64,000 bases of DNA from positions 1-64,000 of the forward strand of contig CAYQYU010000005.1 in the NCBI GenBank assembly GCA_964421955.1. Direction: 5' to 3'. This DNA is from an uncultured archaeon. Lineage in GTDB: Archaea > Nanohalarchaeota > Nanosalinia > Nanosalinales > Nanosalinaceae. Position numbers and translations under genes: made by a program. Shown piece after piece: positions 28,293 to 38,799 of the stretch. Each line of letters starts with the position of its first letter. Within the stretch, counting starts at the first letter, position 1. Below the pieces are notes generated by a model. The model did no database searches. It was not told the origin of the DNA and saw only the letters and a list, made by a program, of their open reading frames with translations.

Positions 28293-29096
28293 CTAGAGAT
28301 GGTCCGGCTTCTTGCCCTCGAATATTACCTCTCCAAGCTTGTCTAAAAGGTTCTCAGGGCTCTCGCGCTGGAAGATGTTTCTCCCGACCGCGATACCGTT
28401 TCCGCCCGCGTCAATAGTGCTGTATACATCGTCGAGGAAAGCCTCATCGCTCCTTTTTGAACCCCCGCTCATGACCACCTTCGTCTTGCCAGTCATGTTG
28501 ACCACGTGCTCCATGTCCTCCCTCGATCCCGGGTACTTGCACTTAACCATGTCTGCGCCCAGTTCGAGCCCTAGCCTCGCGGCGTACGCGATAACATCAG
28601 GATCGGTATCTCCTCCGTAGTCTGAGTTTCCCTCGATGCCGTGTCCACGAGGATACGCCCACATTACAACAGGGACGCCGTATTTTCTCGCTTCCTCCTG
28701 GACCTCTCGGAACTCCTTCCACATCTGGTCCTCGTAGTCACTTCCTGCGTACATTGTGTAGCCGATGGCGTCGGCACCCAGCTCCTCGACCGCGTACTTT
28801 ACGGTACACTGTTTAGGAGAGTAGTAGTCATCCGGATTCCTCAGGTTCGAGTTGCCATTGAGCTTTAGGAGCAGATTGACCTCGTCCTCGAACTCGGGAT
28901 GGTAGGCTTCCGCTACACCTTTCTGGACCGCGATGCATGTTACCGCATCGTGTCTCGCCACCTCGAAAACGTTTCTAGGATCGGCGCTTTCCGGCTGTGG
29001 CTCAAAGTCCACAGGGCCGTGTTCGACACCGTGGTCGTATGCAAGGATCAGGGAGTTTCCGTTCCGCACAATCGGAGAGTCATCCATATCTTTCAT
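28293..29096 (-). CDS. Class I fructose-bisphosphate aldolase (DhnA type)
   Basis: LAYDHGVEHGP, WAYPRG, ELGADMVK, MSGGSK, AVGRNIFQ. Confidence 0.92.
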   Translation of the reverse strand: MKDMDDSPIVRNGNSLILAYDHGVEHGPVDFEPQPESADPRNVFEVARHDAVTCIAVQKGVAEAYHPEFEDEVNLLLKLNGNSNLRNPDDYYSPKQCTVKYAVEELGADAIGYTMYAGSDYEDQMWKEFREVQEEARKYGVPVVMWAYPRGHGIEGNSDYGGDTDPDVIAYAARLGLELGADMVKCKYPGSREDMEHVVNMTGKTKVVMSGGSKRSDEAFLDDVYSTIDAGGNGIAVGRNIFQRESPENLLDKLGEVIFEGKKPDHL

Positions 29097-29166
29097 AATA
29101 CAAAGTATTACGTTCCTGTGTTTAAAGATTTACCCCGATCACAGAACGTCCCTGCAAGACCCTGTA

Positions 29167-29346
29167 CTACCATTCAGAGTACTTATCTATTACCTCCCGG
29201 ACCGCTTCCGAGTCTTCCCGGAAGGAATATCTTCCGCCAGAATGGCGCTCCAGCACCTCCCCTGCCGGGGTTTGACTTGTCTTCTCCTCAAGCTCGTATC
29301 CGAACTGTTCACCGTGAATTTCATCAAGTCTGTCGGCTAGTGACAT
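29167..29346 (-). CDS. Small hypothetical protein
   Basis: 59-aa acidic ORF (MSLADRLDE...) in the intergenic gap. Confidence 0.5.
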   Translation of the reverse strand: MSLADRLDEIHGEQFGYELEEKTSQTPAGEVLERHSGGRYSFREDSEAVREVIDKYSEW

Positions 29347-29441
29347 CTTTCTCACAGCTACAAAGAACCCTGTGCCTCCCAGATTTATCAGGCTACCTTG
29401 AAGTGGAAAGCACACTTCAATCTTCCCGACCAATTGTGAAT

Positions 29442-29996
29442 ATGGCCCTGAAGCAGTCCGATTCTGAACTCGAAGCTGGTGATCAAGTACCGGGATTTGA
29501 GCTCGAAAACCATGAAGACGAAAAAGTAGCACTGAGCGACCTCGACAACTACGACGGCGTGCTCGTCGTCTTCATGTGCAACCACTGCCCGTATGTGAAA
29601 GCACAGACAGAGGAGCTCAGGAAGCTTGACAGAGAGTTCTCTTCGATAGCCATAGTAGGCATCAACCCGAACGCAGAGACCCATCCAGACGACTCAGTCG
29701 AAAAAATGGGAGAATTCGTCGAGGAAAATGGCCTCGACTCCGAACATTTCTACTACCTCGCTGATCCTGAACAGGAGATTGCGGAAGCTTACGGCGCGGT
29801 CTGTACGCCCGACCCGTTCCTGCTCGACATGCGCCACCGCCTGTTCTACCACGGCCGGCTGAATGATAAGATGGCGCCAGACCAGGAGGTCGAAAACAGG
29901 GAGATGAAGTCGGTCATCCAGGACATGCTGAAGAGCCGCGACCCTCTAGAGGAACAAAAACCTTCACAGGGATGCAGCATCAAGTGGAAAGAATGA
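29442..29996 (+). CDS. Thioredoxin-fold/AhpC-TSA family redoxin
   Basis: VFMCNHCPYV, YGAVCTPDPF, YHGRLND, GCSIKWK. Start at MALKQSD. Confidence 0.9.
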   Translation: MALKQSDSELEAGDQVPGFELENHEDEKVALSDLDNYDGVLVVFMCNHCPYVKAQTEELRKLDREFSSIAIVGINPNAETHPDDSVEKMGEFVEENGLDSEHFYYLADPEQEIAEAYGAVCTPDPFLLDMRHRLFYHGRLNDKMAPDQEVENREMKSVIQDMLKSRDPLEEQKPSQGCSIKWKE

Positions 29997-30559
29997 AACA
30001 CAGCATCGAGCCAGATGAACACGAGCTCGGTAAGGCCCGACGGGCATTAGAGAATGCGGTTTCAAAGTACGAGCATTCAGTTGAAGCAGGAGAAATCAAG
30101 TTCTATCTGGGCTGGCAGGATACCAAAAATTCCGCGACAGTCATCACCGAGACGACTGACTTGGTCACGGTCATCCTGAACCCGGGAACAGAATGGGAGG
30201 AAGAGCTGGAGACAGAGATACTCAGGAGCCTGCTGGAAATAGAGTTTATAGGGAAGGCAGATTATGAAATGATAAGTTTCAACTGGCAGGATGTCACCAA
30301 GTGGGCCTATGTCATCACCAGGATGAACCGGTTGCTCGACGAGGAGGCCAAGGAATACGAGTCGCTAGACGATAACTGGACAGATCTGAGGGAAGAACTC
30401 GGTGATGAGATAACCGAACAGTCAGAGTTTTTCCACATCAACTCGGTCTCCCTCGGGGAGATGCTCGGGGAGGCGCTGCTGGAGGACCACGACCTCGACG
30501 AATTTCCGGGGCTGAAGCAGAGCGATATTGCTGAAGCGGGTGACAGGATCTTTGAGTAG
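29993..30559 (+). CDS. Hypothetical acidic protein
   Basis: ATGA overlap with the upstream gene; acidic ORF. Confidence 0.7.
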   Translation: MKHSIEPDEHELGKARRALENAVSKYEHSVEAGEIKFYLGWQDTKNSATVITETTDLVTVILNPGTEWEEELETEILRSLLEIEFIGKADYEMISFNWQDVTKWAYVITRMNRLLDEEAKEYESLDDNWTDLREELGDEITEQSEFFHINSVSLGEMLGEALLEDHDLDEFPGLKQSDIAEAGDRIFE

Positions 30560-31094
30560 AGCTGCATTTGTCGGTCGGTTCCAGCCACTGCATAAAGGCC
30601 ACCAGAGAGTCATAGAGGAATACCGGCAGGAATACGACGATTTCCTGGTAGTCGTCGGAAGCGCCTCGAAGGATCGAGAGGAGGACGACCCGTTGAGCCT
30701 TGAGGAGAGGAAAAAGATTATTCGCGGATGCTTCCCGGAAGTTGAGATTGTCCCGAAGGAAGACGAGCCGGACAACCAGGAATGGGCGCAGAACCTGGAG
30801 GAAAAAGTTGAAGCCGACGTAATAATTTCAGGCAACGATCTCGTCCAAAGACTCGTGAAAGAACACACTTCGATGGAAGTCGTGGAGCAGGAACTCTACG
30901 ACCCTGACATTTACTCCGGTACCGAGGTAAGGAGAAGGATCCGTTCAGGAGAAGAATGGCGGTACCTTGTACCAAAATGTGCAAAGGAGGCAATAGAGAG
31001 CCTGGAAGACACGATCCGCGACTCAGGAATCCAGTACGATTTCAAGCCGGGCTGGAAGAAAGAGAACGCCTATCACAACACGGCTGACGAATAG
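30552..31094 (+). CDS. Nicotinamide-nucleotide adenylyltransferase (archaeal NadM-like)
   Basis: GRFQPLHKGH, VVGSA, SGNDLV, YSGTEVRRRI. TTG start inferred. Confidence 0.88.
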   Translation: MSRAAFVGRFQPLHKGHQRVIEEYRQEYDDFLVVVGSASKDREEDDPLSLEERKKIIRGCFPEVEIVPKEDEPDNQEWAQNLEEKVEADVIISGNDLVQRLVKEHTSMEVVEQELYDPDIYSGTEVRRRIRSGEEWRYLVPKCAKEAIESLEDTIRDSGIQYDFKPGWKKENAYHNTADE

Positions 31095-31874
31095 TTACTT
31101 TTTCGCTTCCGGAATCTTCTCCACTAGGTCTGTGGCGGTCATACCGTGGCCGTACCGGTCTGCGGCGAGCTCGCCCGCTTTCCCATTTACCCAGGCACCG
31201 AGTCTCGCGGCCTCTACAGGGTTCAGTCCCTGGGACACGAGCGAGGCTATGACGCCAGTAAGAGTATCGCCTGTCCCCCCGACAGTCATATCGGAAGTCC
31301 CCGTGGAATTCTCGTATTTTCTGCTCGAGGTAAAAATCTGGTCGATCGAGCCTTTCTGGACCACTATCGAACCGCGGTTCTCGACAAAAGCCTCCAAAGG
31401 CTCTCCTGCCCTATCTTCCATCATCTGCGCCTCTCCAAGGTGCGGGGTGAACACTGCCCTGGAAAGTTCTGCATCGAGCGCAGGCCTGATGGCGTCGGCA
31501 TCGATCACCACCGGTTTCTCGGTGGAGGATACAAAATCTCTGACCGCCTTCTCATCCGCCTCTCCGAGACCTGGACCAATCACGAGCGCGTCCGCCCACT
31601 CCCTGAGCTCTTCCGCCCGGTCAAGGCCGCTCTCGTCAAAGTATGGCGAAGGATACGAGCCGACGATCAGGTTCTCGCTGTAGGATGCAACGACGTCCCG
31701 GGAATCCTCTGAGGTAAGGATCTTCACGAGGTCGCATCCTGACCTTAACGCAGCTTCCGCGGACAGCGCGGGCGCACCGGTATAGTCGATGCTCCCTCCG
31801 ATTATTCCGACGCGGCCGTTCTCCCCCTTGTGGGAACCTGGCTTCCTCTGGAGCCTGTCGAGAAGTTCCTGCAT
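31095..31874 (-). CDS. nnrD: ADP-dependent NAD(P)HX dehydratase
   Basis: SHKGENGRV, GGSIDYTGAP, IGPGLG, IDADA, TPHLGE, GGTGDTLTG. Confidence 0.92.
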   Translation of the reverse strand: MQELLDRLQRKPGSHKGENGRVGIIGGSIDYTGAPALSAEAALRSGCDLVKILTSEDSRDVVASYSENLIVGSYPSPYFDESGLDRAEELREWADALVIGPGLGEADEKAVRDFVSSTEKPVVIDADAIRPALDAELSRAVFTPHLGEAQMMEDRAGEPLEAFVENRGSIVVQKGSIDQIFTSSRKYENSTGTSDMTVGGTGDTLTGVIASLVSQGLNPVEAARLGAWVNGKAGELAADRYGHGMTATDLVEKIPEAKK

Positions 31875-31984
31875 AAAGACTACTGGTATACCGCCGTAAA
31901 AATAGTCTTTGATGCCTTGAGAAAGGTTTCTAATGGTCATCGGCAGGTTTTTATTGACCTCAGATAAACGTGTTACGTGGTATT

Positions 31985-33010
31985 ATGGTAAACGTCGCTG
32001 TAAACGGTGTCGGAACTATTGGAAAGCGGGTCGCGGAAGCGGTCAAAAAACAGCCGGATATGGATCTCTACTGCCTGTCAGATGTTTCCACAAACGGCGG
32101 CCTGAGAACGGTCCTGAGTGAGAGCGGTCCTCTCCACGGAACGACCCTAGTCGCATCAAACGAGGATGGACTGGAGAACCTTGAGGACGGGGGAATGCAT
32201 GTCGAGGGACTTCTGGAAGACCGTATCGACGAGATAGATATTATCGTTGACTGCACCCCTCCCGGGATTGATGAAAGCAACAAGGAGAACCTCTACGAGC
32301 CGAACAATGTCAAGGCGATCTTCCAGGGAGGAGCGCCGGGAGACATATCAGAGGTAAAGTTCAACGCTGATGCCAACTACGATGAAGCCCGCGGAGAAGA
32401 CTACGTGAAAGTGGTTTCCTGCAACACCACCTCTCTTTCAAGGACAATGAGCGCAGTGGATGAAACATTCGGCGTGGAAGAGGCAGTTGCCAACCTTGTA
32501 AGGCGGGGAGGCGACATACCCCAGGACTCCAGAGGACCGATCAACTCCACGATTCCGGTAACCGATGTGCCATCTCACCACGGGCCTGATGTCCAGGCAG
32601 TGATGCCACATCTCGACATCAAGACGCTCGCGGTCAAGGTCCCGGTCACCTACGGACACGTCCACATGGTGAACGTCGAACTCGAAAATGATGCGAGCGA
32701 GGAAGAGGTGCTTGAGGCCTTCAGAGAACAGCCCCGCGTTTCCCTTGAGTCAGCGGGCGACGGATACGACTCTACCTCAAAGCTGCATGAGAAGATGCGT
32801 GACCTGCATCGACCGCGTTCCGACATGCAGGAGGCCGCGGTCTGGGAAGAAACCGTTACGGTAGATGACGGAACGCTCTACTGGATCCACATGGTCCACC
32901 AGGAGTCGATCGTCGTTCCAGACAACATCGATGCGATCCGTTCGATGCTTGACATGGAGAACAGAGACGCCTCTATAGAAAAGACAAATAAGGCAATGGG
33001 ACTCGAGTGA
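31985..33010 (+). CDS. gap: Glyceraldehyde-3-phosphate dehydrogenase, archaeal type II
   Basis: NGVGTIGKRVA, VVSCNTT, PSHHGPDV, HQESIVVPDNIDAIR. Confidence 0.95.
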   Translation: MVNVAVNGVGTIGKRVAEAVKKQPDMDLYCLSDVSTNGGLRTVLSESGPLHGTTLVASNEDGLENLEDGGMHVEGLLEDRIDEIDIIVDCTPPGIDESNKENLYEPNNVKAIFQGGAPGDISEVKFNADANYDEARGEDYVKVVSCNTTSLSRTMSAVDETFGVEEAVANLVRRGGDIPQDSRGPINSTIPVTDVPSHHGPDVQAVMPHLDIKTLAVKVPVTYGHVHMVNVELENDASEEEVLEAFREQPRVSLESAGDGYDSTSKLHEKMRDLHRPRSDMQEAAVWEETVTVDDGTLYWIHMVHQESIVVPDNIDAIRSMLDMENRDASIEKTNKAMGLE

Positions 33011-34144
33011 TCACGCCAGGTAGGCTATATCTCTGACCGCCTCGACCAGAGATTCGATGTCAGAGCTGTTGTTGTAGAGGTAGGTCGATGCTCTCACCAG
33101 GGGTTCCTGCGAGTATTTTTGGAACCAGGAATGGACGCAGTGCATGCCGGAACGCACCGCAATGTTCTCCCGGGAAAGCATCAGCGCCACCTGATGGGAA
33201 TCCATATTTTCGACCCTGAAAGAAACTATACCTGTTCCGTTGCTGACTACCTCCACCTTTTCAATATCTTCAAGACCCTGTTCCAGTTCGCAGGTCAGCT
33301 CCTTTTCGTGGCTTTCAACCCTCTCAAGACCTACCTCCTCGAGGTATCTGGCGGCCTCGCCGAACCCTATGAATCCTGCAAGGTTAGGAAGCCCGGCCTC
33401 CATTCTCTGCGGAAATTCCATGTACTCAGCGCCCGTATAAGTGGAATCCCTGACCGCTCCTCCTCCGACCTTCAATGGCTCGATTTTCTCCCTGGCCCTG
33501 TCGGAGACGTAGAGCGCTCCGGTGCCTGACGGACCCAGCATCTTGTGCCCGGAGAAGGCAACGAAGTCGGCGTCGAACCGGTCCACTGTGAACGGTCTGT
33601 GCGGCACGCTCTGGGCCGCATCTACAAGGCTGTACGCCCCGTTCTGCTCCGCGACCTCCAGAACCTCCTCCACCGGCACTTCGAAGCCGTCGAGGTTGGA
33701 AACATGGATGACGCTCACCAGGTCTCCCTCCTCCAGCCTGGAGTCCAGCGTCGACAGGTCGAGGCCGTTCCCGGTGTCAAGTACAACGTTTTCCCTTCCT
33801 GTGCGCTGCCACGGCACGAGGTTGGAGTTGTGCTCTCTATCGGTTGTGAAGACTCTCTCAAACGGGAATCCGCTTGAAACAGTGTTTATGGACTCCGTGG
33901 TACCCGAGGTGAAGACGAGGTCGTCTTCTGAGGCACCTATGAATCCCGCGACCCTTTGTCTCGCGGCCTCGAGCTCCTCGGAAGCCCTTTTCGACATTCC
34001 GTGATGGCTCCTGCCCGAGCACGCGGGATAGTCTGTATAGTATTCCCTGACCTTCTCTATGACCTGCCGGGGCCTTAGCGACATGCAGGCGCTGTCGAGG
34101 TAAACCCGATCCCCATCTAGCGCGGGAAAGTCTTCCTCTCTCAT
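33011..34144 (-). CDS. Cysteine desulfurase-like class V aminotransferase (SufS type)
   Basis: YLDSA, EHNSN, DAAQS, FSGHKMLGP, RSGMHC. Confidence 0.88.
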   Translation of the reverse strand: MREEDFPALDGDRVYLDSACMSLRPRQVIEKVREYYTDYPACSGRSHHGMSKRASEELEAARQRVAGFIGASEDDLVFTSGTTESINTVSSGFPFERVFTTDREHNSNLVPWQRTGRENVVLDTGNGLDLSTLDSRLEEGDLVSVIHVSNLDGFEVPVEEVLEVAEQNGAYSLVDAAQSVPHRPFTVDRFDADFVAFSGHKMLGPSGTGALYVSDRAREKIEPLKVGGGAVRDSTYTGAEYMEFPQRMEAGLPNLAGFIGFGEAARYLEEVGLERVESHEKELTCELEQGLEDIEKVEVVSNGTGIVSFRVENMDSHQVALMLSRENIAVRSGMHCVHSWFQKYSQEPLVRASTYLYNNSSDIESLVEAVRDIAYLA

Positions 34145-34554
34145 GGAACCCCACTGTAGTTGCCGGGGCTGTGGAACGGGTTTAGATAACCGAGATCAAG
34201 CGATCCAAGTGTGCTGGCGGTGCAGCCCTGCACCGCGTTCGGGCCGTTGCAGTTGCCGTAGACCACGAAGTTGTACGTACCGATCGCGACGTAGATCCCG
34301 GCTACAATCATTATTACTAGAAGCAGCCAGGTTATCTTTTCCAAGTGATGGTTGAGGAACCTTGCCAGTCGCCGGTCATGGTTCATCGCCCTCCCAATAA
34401 CAGAGGACCGGATCCTGGTCTCGAAGTCGGCCTCACAGTCACCGGTCTTCAAACGGCTAACCAGGCAGTCCAGAGCCTCCCTGGCCAGGCCACGGTACTC
34501 CGTGAAGAAGATGCCGAGAAAGCTGAAAACCACCAGAGAGATCAGACAGAGCAT
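34141..34554 (-). CDS. Hypothetical Cys-containing membrane protein
   Basis: Two TM segments; overlaps the desulfurase start by 4 bp. Confidence 0.65.
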   Translation of the reverse strand: MLCLISLVVFSFLGIFFTEYRGLAREALDCLVSRLKTGDCEADFETRIRSSVIGRAMNHDRRLARFLNHHLEKITWLLLVIMIVAGIYVAIGTYNFVVYGNCNGPNAVQGCTASTLGSLDLGYLNPFHSPGNYSGVP

Positions 34555-34649
34555 GTTGCCTGAATCAGCTTCTTCTCTAGAAAAGGGTTCTGGTAGAAAA
34601 ATCAAAACGGTAGGAAACCAACAAAACTCTTGTACACGATCAAGTTTCC

Positions 34650-35687
34650 ATGGAAGAAAAAATCCTGATGCTGGGGTGGGGATATCCCCCAGAGATCGAT
34701 GGAGGTCTCGACATCCACGTCGCGAGGCTTTTCGAGGAGCTGAGAGCTCTAGGGCTAGATGTCGATCTGGCGCTGCCCGCAGATAGAGCGCCTGAGAAGG
34801 AAGGCATCATCTCTCTCGATGCTGGCGAGGGCGACATGATGGAGCAGGTCAGGAATCTCAGCGGCGAGTTCGTCGAGCTGGCGAAGGACTACGACATCGT
34901 GCACACGCACGACTGGTTCGGAGCCGAACCGGGGCTGAAGGCGAAGAAGTACTCGGACGTCAAATGGGTCGCGACATTTCACTCCCTAAGTTCACAGCGC
35001 TCGAGGAAACCCTCGCATAGGATCGAGGAGATGGAGCGCGGCATGATTGAACGCGCCGACAGCGTGATCGCGGTCAGCGAGATGCTCGCAAGAGAAGTTG
35101 AGGAAAAGTACGAGCTGAAGCCCGAGGTCATACACAACGGATTCTCAAAAGCAGAGGTTAAAGGCCGCGATGTGAAGGAAGAACTCGGCATCGATACCAT
35201 GATCTTCTACGTTGGACGGCATGCGGAGCAGAAAGGCCTGGAACACCTGGTATACGGCTTCAGCAAGTTCCTGAAAAACAACAGTGGGAAGCTTGTACTC
35301 GGTGGAGACGGTCACATGCGGCAGGCGCTCGAAGAGTTCGTGGAGCTTCTCGGGATACAGGAAAACGTTGTATTCGCCGGATTCATACCCGAGGAAGAAC
35401 TCGGCGACTACTATGCCTCGGCGGACGTTTTCGTCTCGCCGTCTATCAACGAGCCGTTCGGCCTGACAGTTACAGAAGCAGTTAACGCAGGAACCCCTGT
35501 CGTCGCGACCAGGAACGGCGCAGAAGAGATCCTGCCCTCGAACTCCGTGGTACAGGTCAAGCCGGAATCCGACTCGATCTGTGAGGGAATCAGGAGAGCG
35601 CTGGACCGCGAGACCCCAGATTTCAGTTCAAGGAGCTGGGAAGAAGTCGCGGAAGAAACTCTGGAACTCTACAGACAGGTCAACTGA
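34650..35687 (+). CDS. Glycosyltransferase family 4
   Basis: GWGYPPEIDGGL, HTHDW, YVGR...QKG, EPFGLTVTEA. Confidence 0.92.
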   Translation: MEEKILMLGWGYPPEIDGGLDIHVARLFEELRALGLDVDLALPADRAPEKEGIISLDAGEGDMMEQVRNLSGEFVELAKDYDIVHTHDWFGAEPGLKAKKYSDVKWVATFHSLSSQRSRKPSHRIEEMERGMIERADSVIAVSEMLAREVEEKYELKPEVIHNGFSKAEVKGRDVKEELGIDTMIFYVGRHAEQKGLEHLVYGFSKFLKNNSGKLVLGGDGHMRQALEEFVELLGIQENVVFAGFIPEEELGDYYASADVFVSPSINEPFGLTVTEAVNAGTPVVATRNGAEEILPSNSVVQVKPESDSICEGIRRALDRETPDFSSRSWEEVAEETLELYRQVN

Positions 35688-35910
35688 TGACCTCGATTTC
35701 CTCTACAGGACCCGTGTGAAGAACCTGGTATCCATTTTCAACCTGCTGGAGATGGACAGGATCCTCAACGTAATAAGAGGAGTCGGAGCCCTCGGCCGCC
35801 GGAAGGTATACTCGCTCGCCCTCTTCTGATCTAACGACGAGAGCCACTCTTTCAGAAGTTTTAAGCCTTATCTCGGTTCCCCTGTCAGTCTCCCGGGTTT
35901 CGATATCCAT
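35680..35910 (-). CDS. Small conserved hypothetical protein
   Basis: 76-aa acidic ORF (ALVVRSEEGERVYLP). Confidence 0.65.
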   Translation of the reverse strand: MDIETRETDRGTEIRLKTSERVALVVRSEEGERVYLPAAEGSDSSYYVEDPVHLQQVENGYQVLHTGPVEEIEVIS

Positions 35911-35990
35911 AGTTATGAGATCGGCTTCAGCATTTTTAACGCCACGGTGAAATCACTCCCTGTTTTAAACCAACGGGACAATGATTCTCT

Positions 35991-37211
35991 ATGCTCCCGG
36001 TAACCCTTTCATTCGAGGTTCACCAGCCCCACAGACTGAGAATTGAAGGGGTGAACGAGGATGCAGACAACCTCTACCAGCGGTACTTTTCGGATGAAAT
36101 GAACGAGCACTTCTTCAAGGATGTCGCGGAAAACTGCTACTTTCCCGCTACCGAGAGACTTCTCAGGATCGCGAAGAAGAGAGAGGGCCGGGACCGTGAC
36201 CAGCAGCTCAAGGTCAATTTTTCAGTATCATCGAGCTGGATCGAACAGGCGAAACAGTACCACCCAGAGCTTATCGACATGCTGAACTCGTTTCCCGACA
36301 ACTCGATCGACTTCATCGGGCAGGCGCACTACCACTCTCTCGCAGGACTTTTCCACGACAAAGGAGAGTTCAGGCAACAGTTGAACAGGCACCGGGAGAT
36401 AATCAACGATACTTTCGGCGTGACGCCGCAGGTCATGACCAACACCGAGCTGATCTACCACAACGAGATTGGTAAAGTTGCGAGCGAGGAAGGGTACAGA
36501 GGAATCTTCACAGAAGGGGTTCCACGAATACTTGGATGGAGGTCTCCGAACCACGCCTACACGCAGCCCGACTTCGTGACGAAGGAAGGCAACTCCATAC
36601 TACTGAGAAACAGGAAGTTAACCGACGATGTCGGCTACAGGTTCTCCGCTGACTGGTGGAGCGAGTACCCGCTGACCGCGGACAAATACGCCGCCTGGTT
36701 AAGTGCCTGCCAGGGCGACATGCTGAATCTTTTCATGGACTACGAGACATTCGGGGAGCACCACTGGGAGGGAACAGGGATTCTCTGGTTCCTTGAGGCG
36801 TTTCCAAACGAGATGCTGAACCACGAGAACCTCAGGTTCGCAAAGGTAAGAGAGGTCGCAAAGAACGAACCGGTCGGGGAATTCGACGCCTTCGAGTACA
36901 ACACAGTTTCCTGGGCCGACCAGGAGATGGACGCCTCGGCCTGGCTCGGAAACCCGGTACAGAAACGGCTGTTCCAGAAACTCCAGGACCTCGAGGAAAA
37001 AGTGAAGAAGACCGACGACGAGGAGGTACTCGAGGTCTGGCGCAAGTTCCTGACCTCCGATCATCTCCACCACATCGCGACCAAGTCGTGGGACGATCAC
37101 GCGGTACACAACTACTTCTCCTACTTCGATCATCCATTCCAGGGATTTGCGGTCATCATGGAACATGTCATGGACTTCCAGGAACAGGTTGAGGAACGGT
37201 TGAGAAAATGA
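35991..37211 (+). CDS. GH57 alpha-amylase/alpha-glucan-active enzyme
   Basis: FEVHQP, NTELIY (nucleophile), FMDYETFGEH (acid/base), TSDH. Confidence 0.92.
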   Translation: MLPVTLSFEVHQPHRLRIEGVNEDADNLYQRYFSDEMNEHFFKDVAENCYFPATERLLRIAKKREGRDRDQQLKVNFSVSSSWIEQAKQYHPELIDMLNSFPDNSIDFIGQAHYHSLAGLFHDKGEFRQQLNRHREIINDTFGVTPQVMTNTELIYHNEIGKVASEEGYRGIFTEGVPRILGWRSPNHAYTQPDFVTKEGNSILLRNRKLTDDVGYRFSADWWSEYPLTADKYAAWLSACQGDMLNLFMDYETFGEHHWEGTGILWFLEAFPNEMLNHENLRFAKVREVAKNEPVGEFDAFEYNTVSWADQEMDASAWLGNPVQKRLFQKLQDLEEKVKKTDDEEVLEVWRKFLTSDHLHHIATKSWDDHAVHNYFSYFDHPFQGFAVIMEHVMDFQEQVEERLRK

Positions 37212-37250
37212 AATAGGCTAATAAGATTTTAGTGCCAATCAGTAGCTATA

Positions 37251-37793
37251 ATGGATGAACCTGCGGCCAAAGTAGAATTCTCCAAGTACGGGGAAGAGCT
37301 TACATTCGACGTTTACGAAAACGGTATAGTAGAGTACTGGGAGCCTGAAGAGATTTCAGGGCTGGAAAGAGTTAGGAGAGTCTTGGGGACAAGCTGGCAA
37401 GATCCTGAGACTTACGCCATGAACGATATGGTAGATGACTGGATTGATACTTGGGCGGAAACAGTTGAGTCTATTGATAGCTACGGTTCAGAAAGTTACG
37501 GATTGCTTACTGTTAGCGTCCATCCTGACCACCATGAAAAAGATGACTGGGAAGACGCATCCTGGGATCAGTTCTCCATAGACAGTGTACATTGGAGAAC
37601 TCCCTCCGCAGATGCTTTAGGTGCGGTAAGAGAGCTTGTTGATGAAACTCGCTACACCGGCATATGGAGATATATGACAGAGAACCCGCACTCCACAGTT
37701 ACGAGCCTGGTAGACGATGTACTCCATCTAGAACCGGAAGATATTAGGGAGGAAACGTCCTCACTTTCGTCCAAGACTCCAGAAACTGTCTAA
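37251..37793 (+). CDS. Hypothetical protein
   Basis: 180-aa acidic ORF. Confidence 0.7.
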   Translation: MDEPAAKVEFSKYGEELTFDVYENGIVEYWEPEEISGLERVRRVLGTSWQDPETYAMNDMVDDWIDTWAETVESIDSYGSESYGLLTVSVHPDHHEKDDWEDASWDQFSIDSVHWRTPSADALGAVRELVDETRYTGIWRYMTENPHSTVTSLVDDVLHLEPEDIREETSSLSSKTPETV

Positions 37794-37862
37794 ACATGGA
37801 TGACGCTTCTAGCGATAATGGTTGAGAAAATAAACTTTAACCCGCAACCGGCATAGAGAGTT

Positions 37863-38795
37863 ATGGAGGAAGAGATCAGAGAGTTCCTGGAAGAGAATCA
37901 CCAGCAGTTCGGTCTGCCGGAAGTAGAGTTCCTAGAGTTGGACGAGGGAAAACACAACTTCAACGCAGTCCTCAGCTCGGGGAAGAAACATTTTATCGCC
38001 CGGATTTCAATGCCTGTAACCGAGAACCAGCTGGAGAACGAGGCCCGTATGCTCGATCTCCTGGAGAAACATGGGGTTGAAAATGTGCCGAGGAAAAAAT
38101 CCTACCAGAGCAAAACCCCTATAGGACCGGTGCTGGTCGAGAGCTTTGAGGGAGAGAAAGATCTAGAAAGTGAGGACCTGAACCGAGACATAGTCCTGAA
38201 CGTTGCGAGGCTTCTGGCGGAGACCCATGCTATACCGGTTGAAGATTACAACCAGTTGTTTGACGCTGATGAGAAAGAGACCGTAGCCCTGGGAGAGGTC
38301 TATCAGAGAGACTTCCAAAAATGGTCGAAGGAACGGTTCAAGAAATACCTTGAAAATGTCGACGAGCCAGACGAAAGACTGAATAAACACATAGAGCTAC
38401 AGGAGGATATCCTCCAATCAGTGGATCTCCAGCAGGAAGTGACTCAGACAGTCGTCCACGGGGACGCCGGATTCAACTTTCGCGTCACCGGGAACACAAC
38501 ATACCTTATTGACTGGGAGTTTGGCAGAGTGGGCTATCCTGTACACGAGATACTGTACACGCTTGACAGGTTCTCGCTTGACGACGAGCTGGAAAACAAG
38601 TTTCTATCCGAGTACAGGAAACATAGGGATCTCGACATACCCGAACCAGATCTCGAACTATATCCTCAACTTCTGAAGTTAAACGATGCGGTATGGGCTG
38701 CAATGAGAATGGTGAAAGCGGAGGGGGAGGAAAGAGAAAAGTTCGGGGATATCTACGAGAAAAAGATAAAGAAGCTTGAGGAATTCCAGAGGTGA
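37863..38795 (+). CDS. Aminoglycoside phosphotransferase/choline kinase family protein
   Basis: VHGDAGFN, LIDWEFG. Confidence 0.85.
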   Translation: MEEEIREFLEENHQQFGLPEVEFLELDEGKHNFNAVLSSGKKHFIARISMPVTENQLENEARMLDLLEKHGVENVPRKKSYQSKTPIGPVLVESFEGEKDLESEDLNRDIVLNVARLLAETHAIPVEDYNQLFDADEKETVALGEVYQRDFQKWSKERFKKYLENVDEPDERLNKHIELQEDILQSVDLQQEVTQTVVHGDAGFNFRVTGNTTYLIDWEFGRVGYPVHEILYTLDRFSLDDELENKFLSEYRKHRDLDIPEPDLELYPQLLKLNDAVWAAMRMVKAEGEEREKFGDIYEKKIKKLEEFQR

Positions 38796-38799
38796 TAAA

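Noticed and set aside
28899-29441. N-terminal extension making a 365-aa redoxin
   Set aside because: The extension overlaps the aldolase on the other strand and has atypical composition. The real gene starts at 29442.
37863-38795. Antibiotic-resistance gene
   Set aside because: Only the generic APH/choline-kinase fold motifs are visible. Substrate cannot be inferred.
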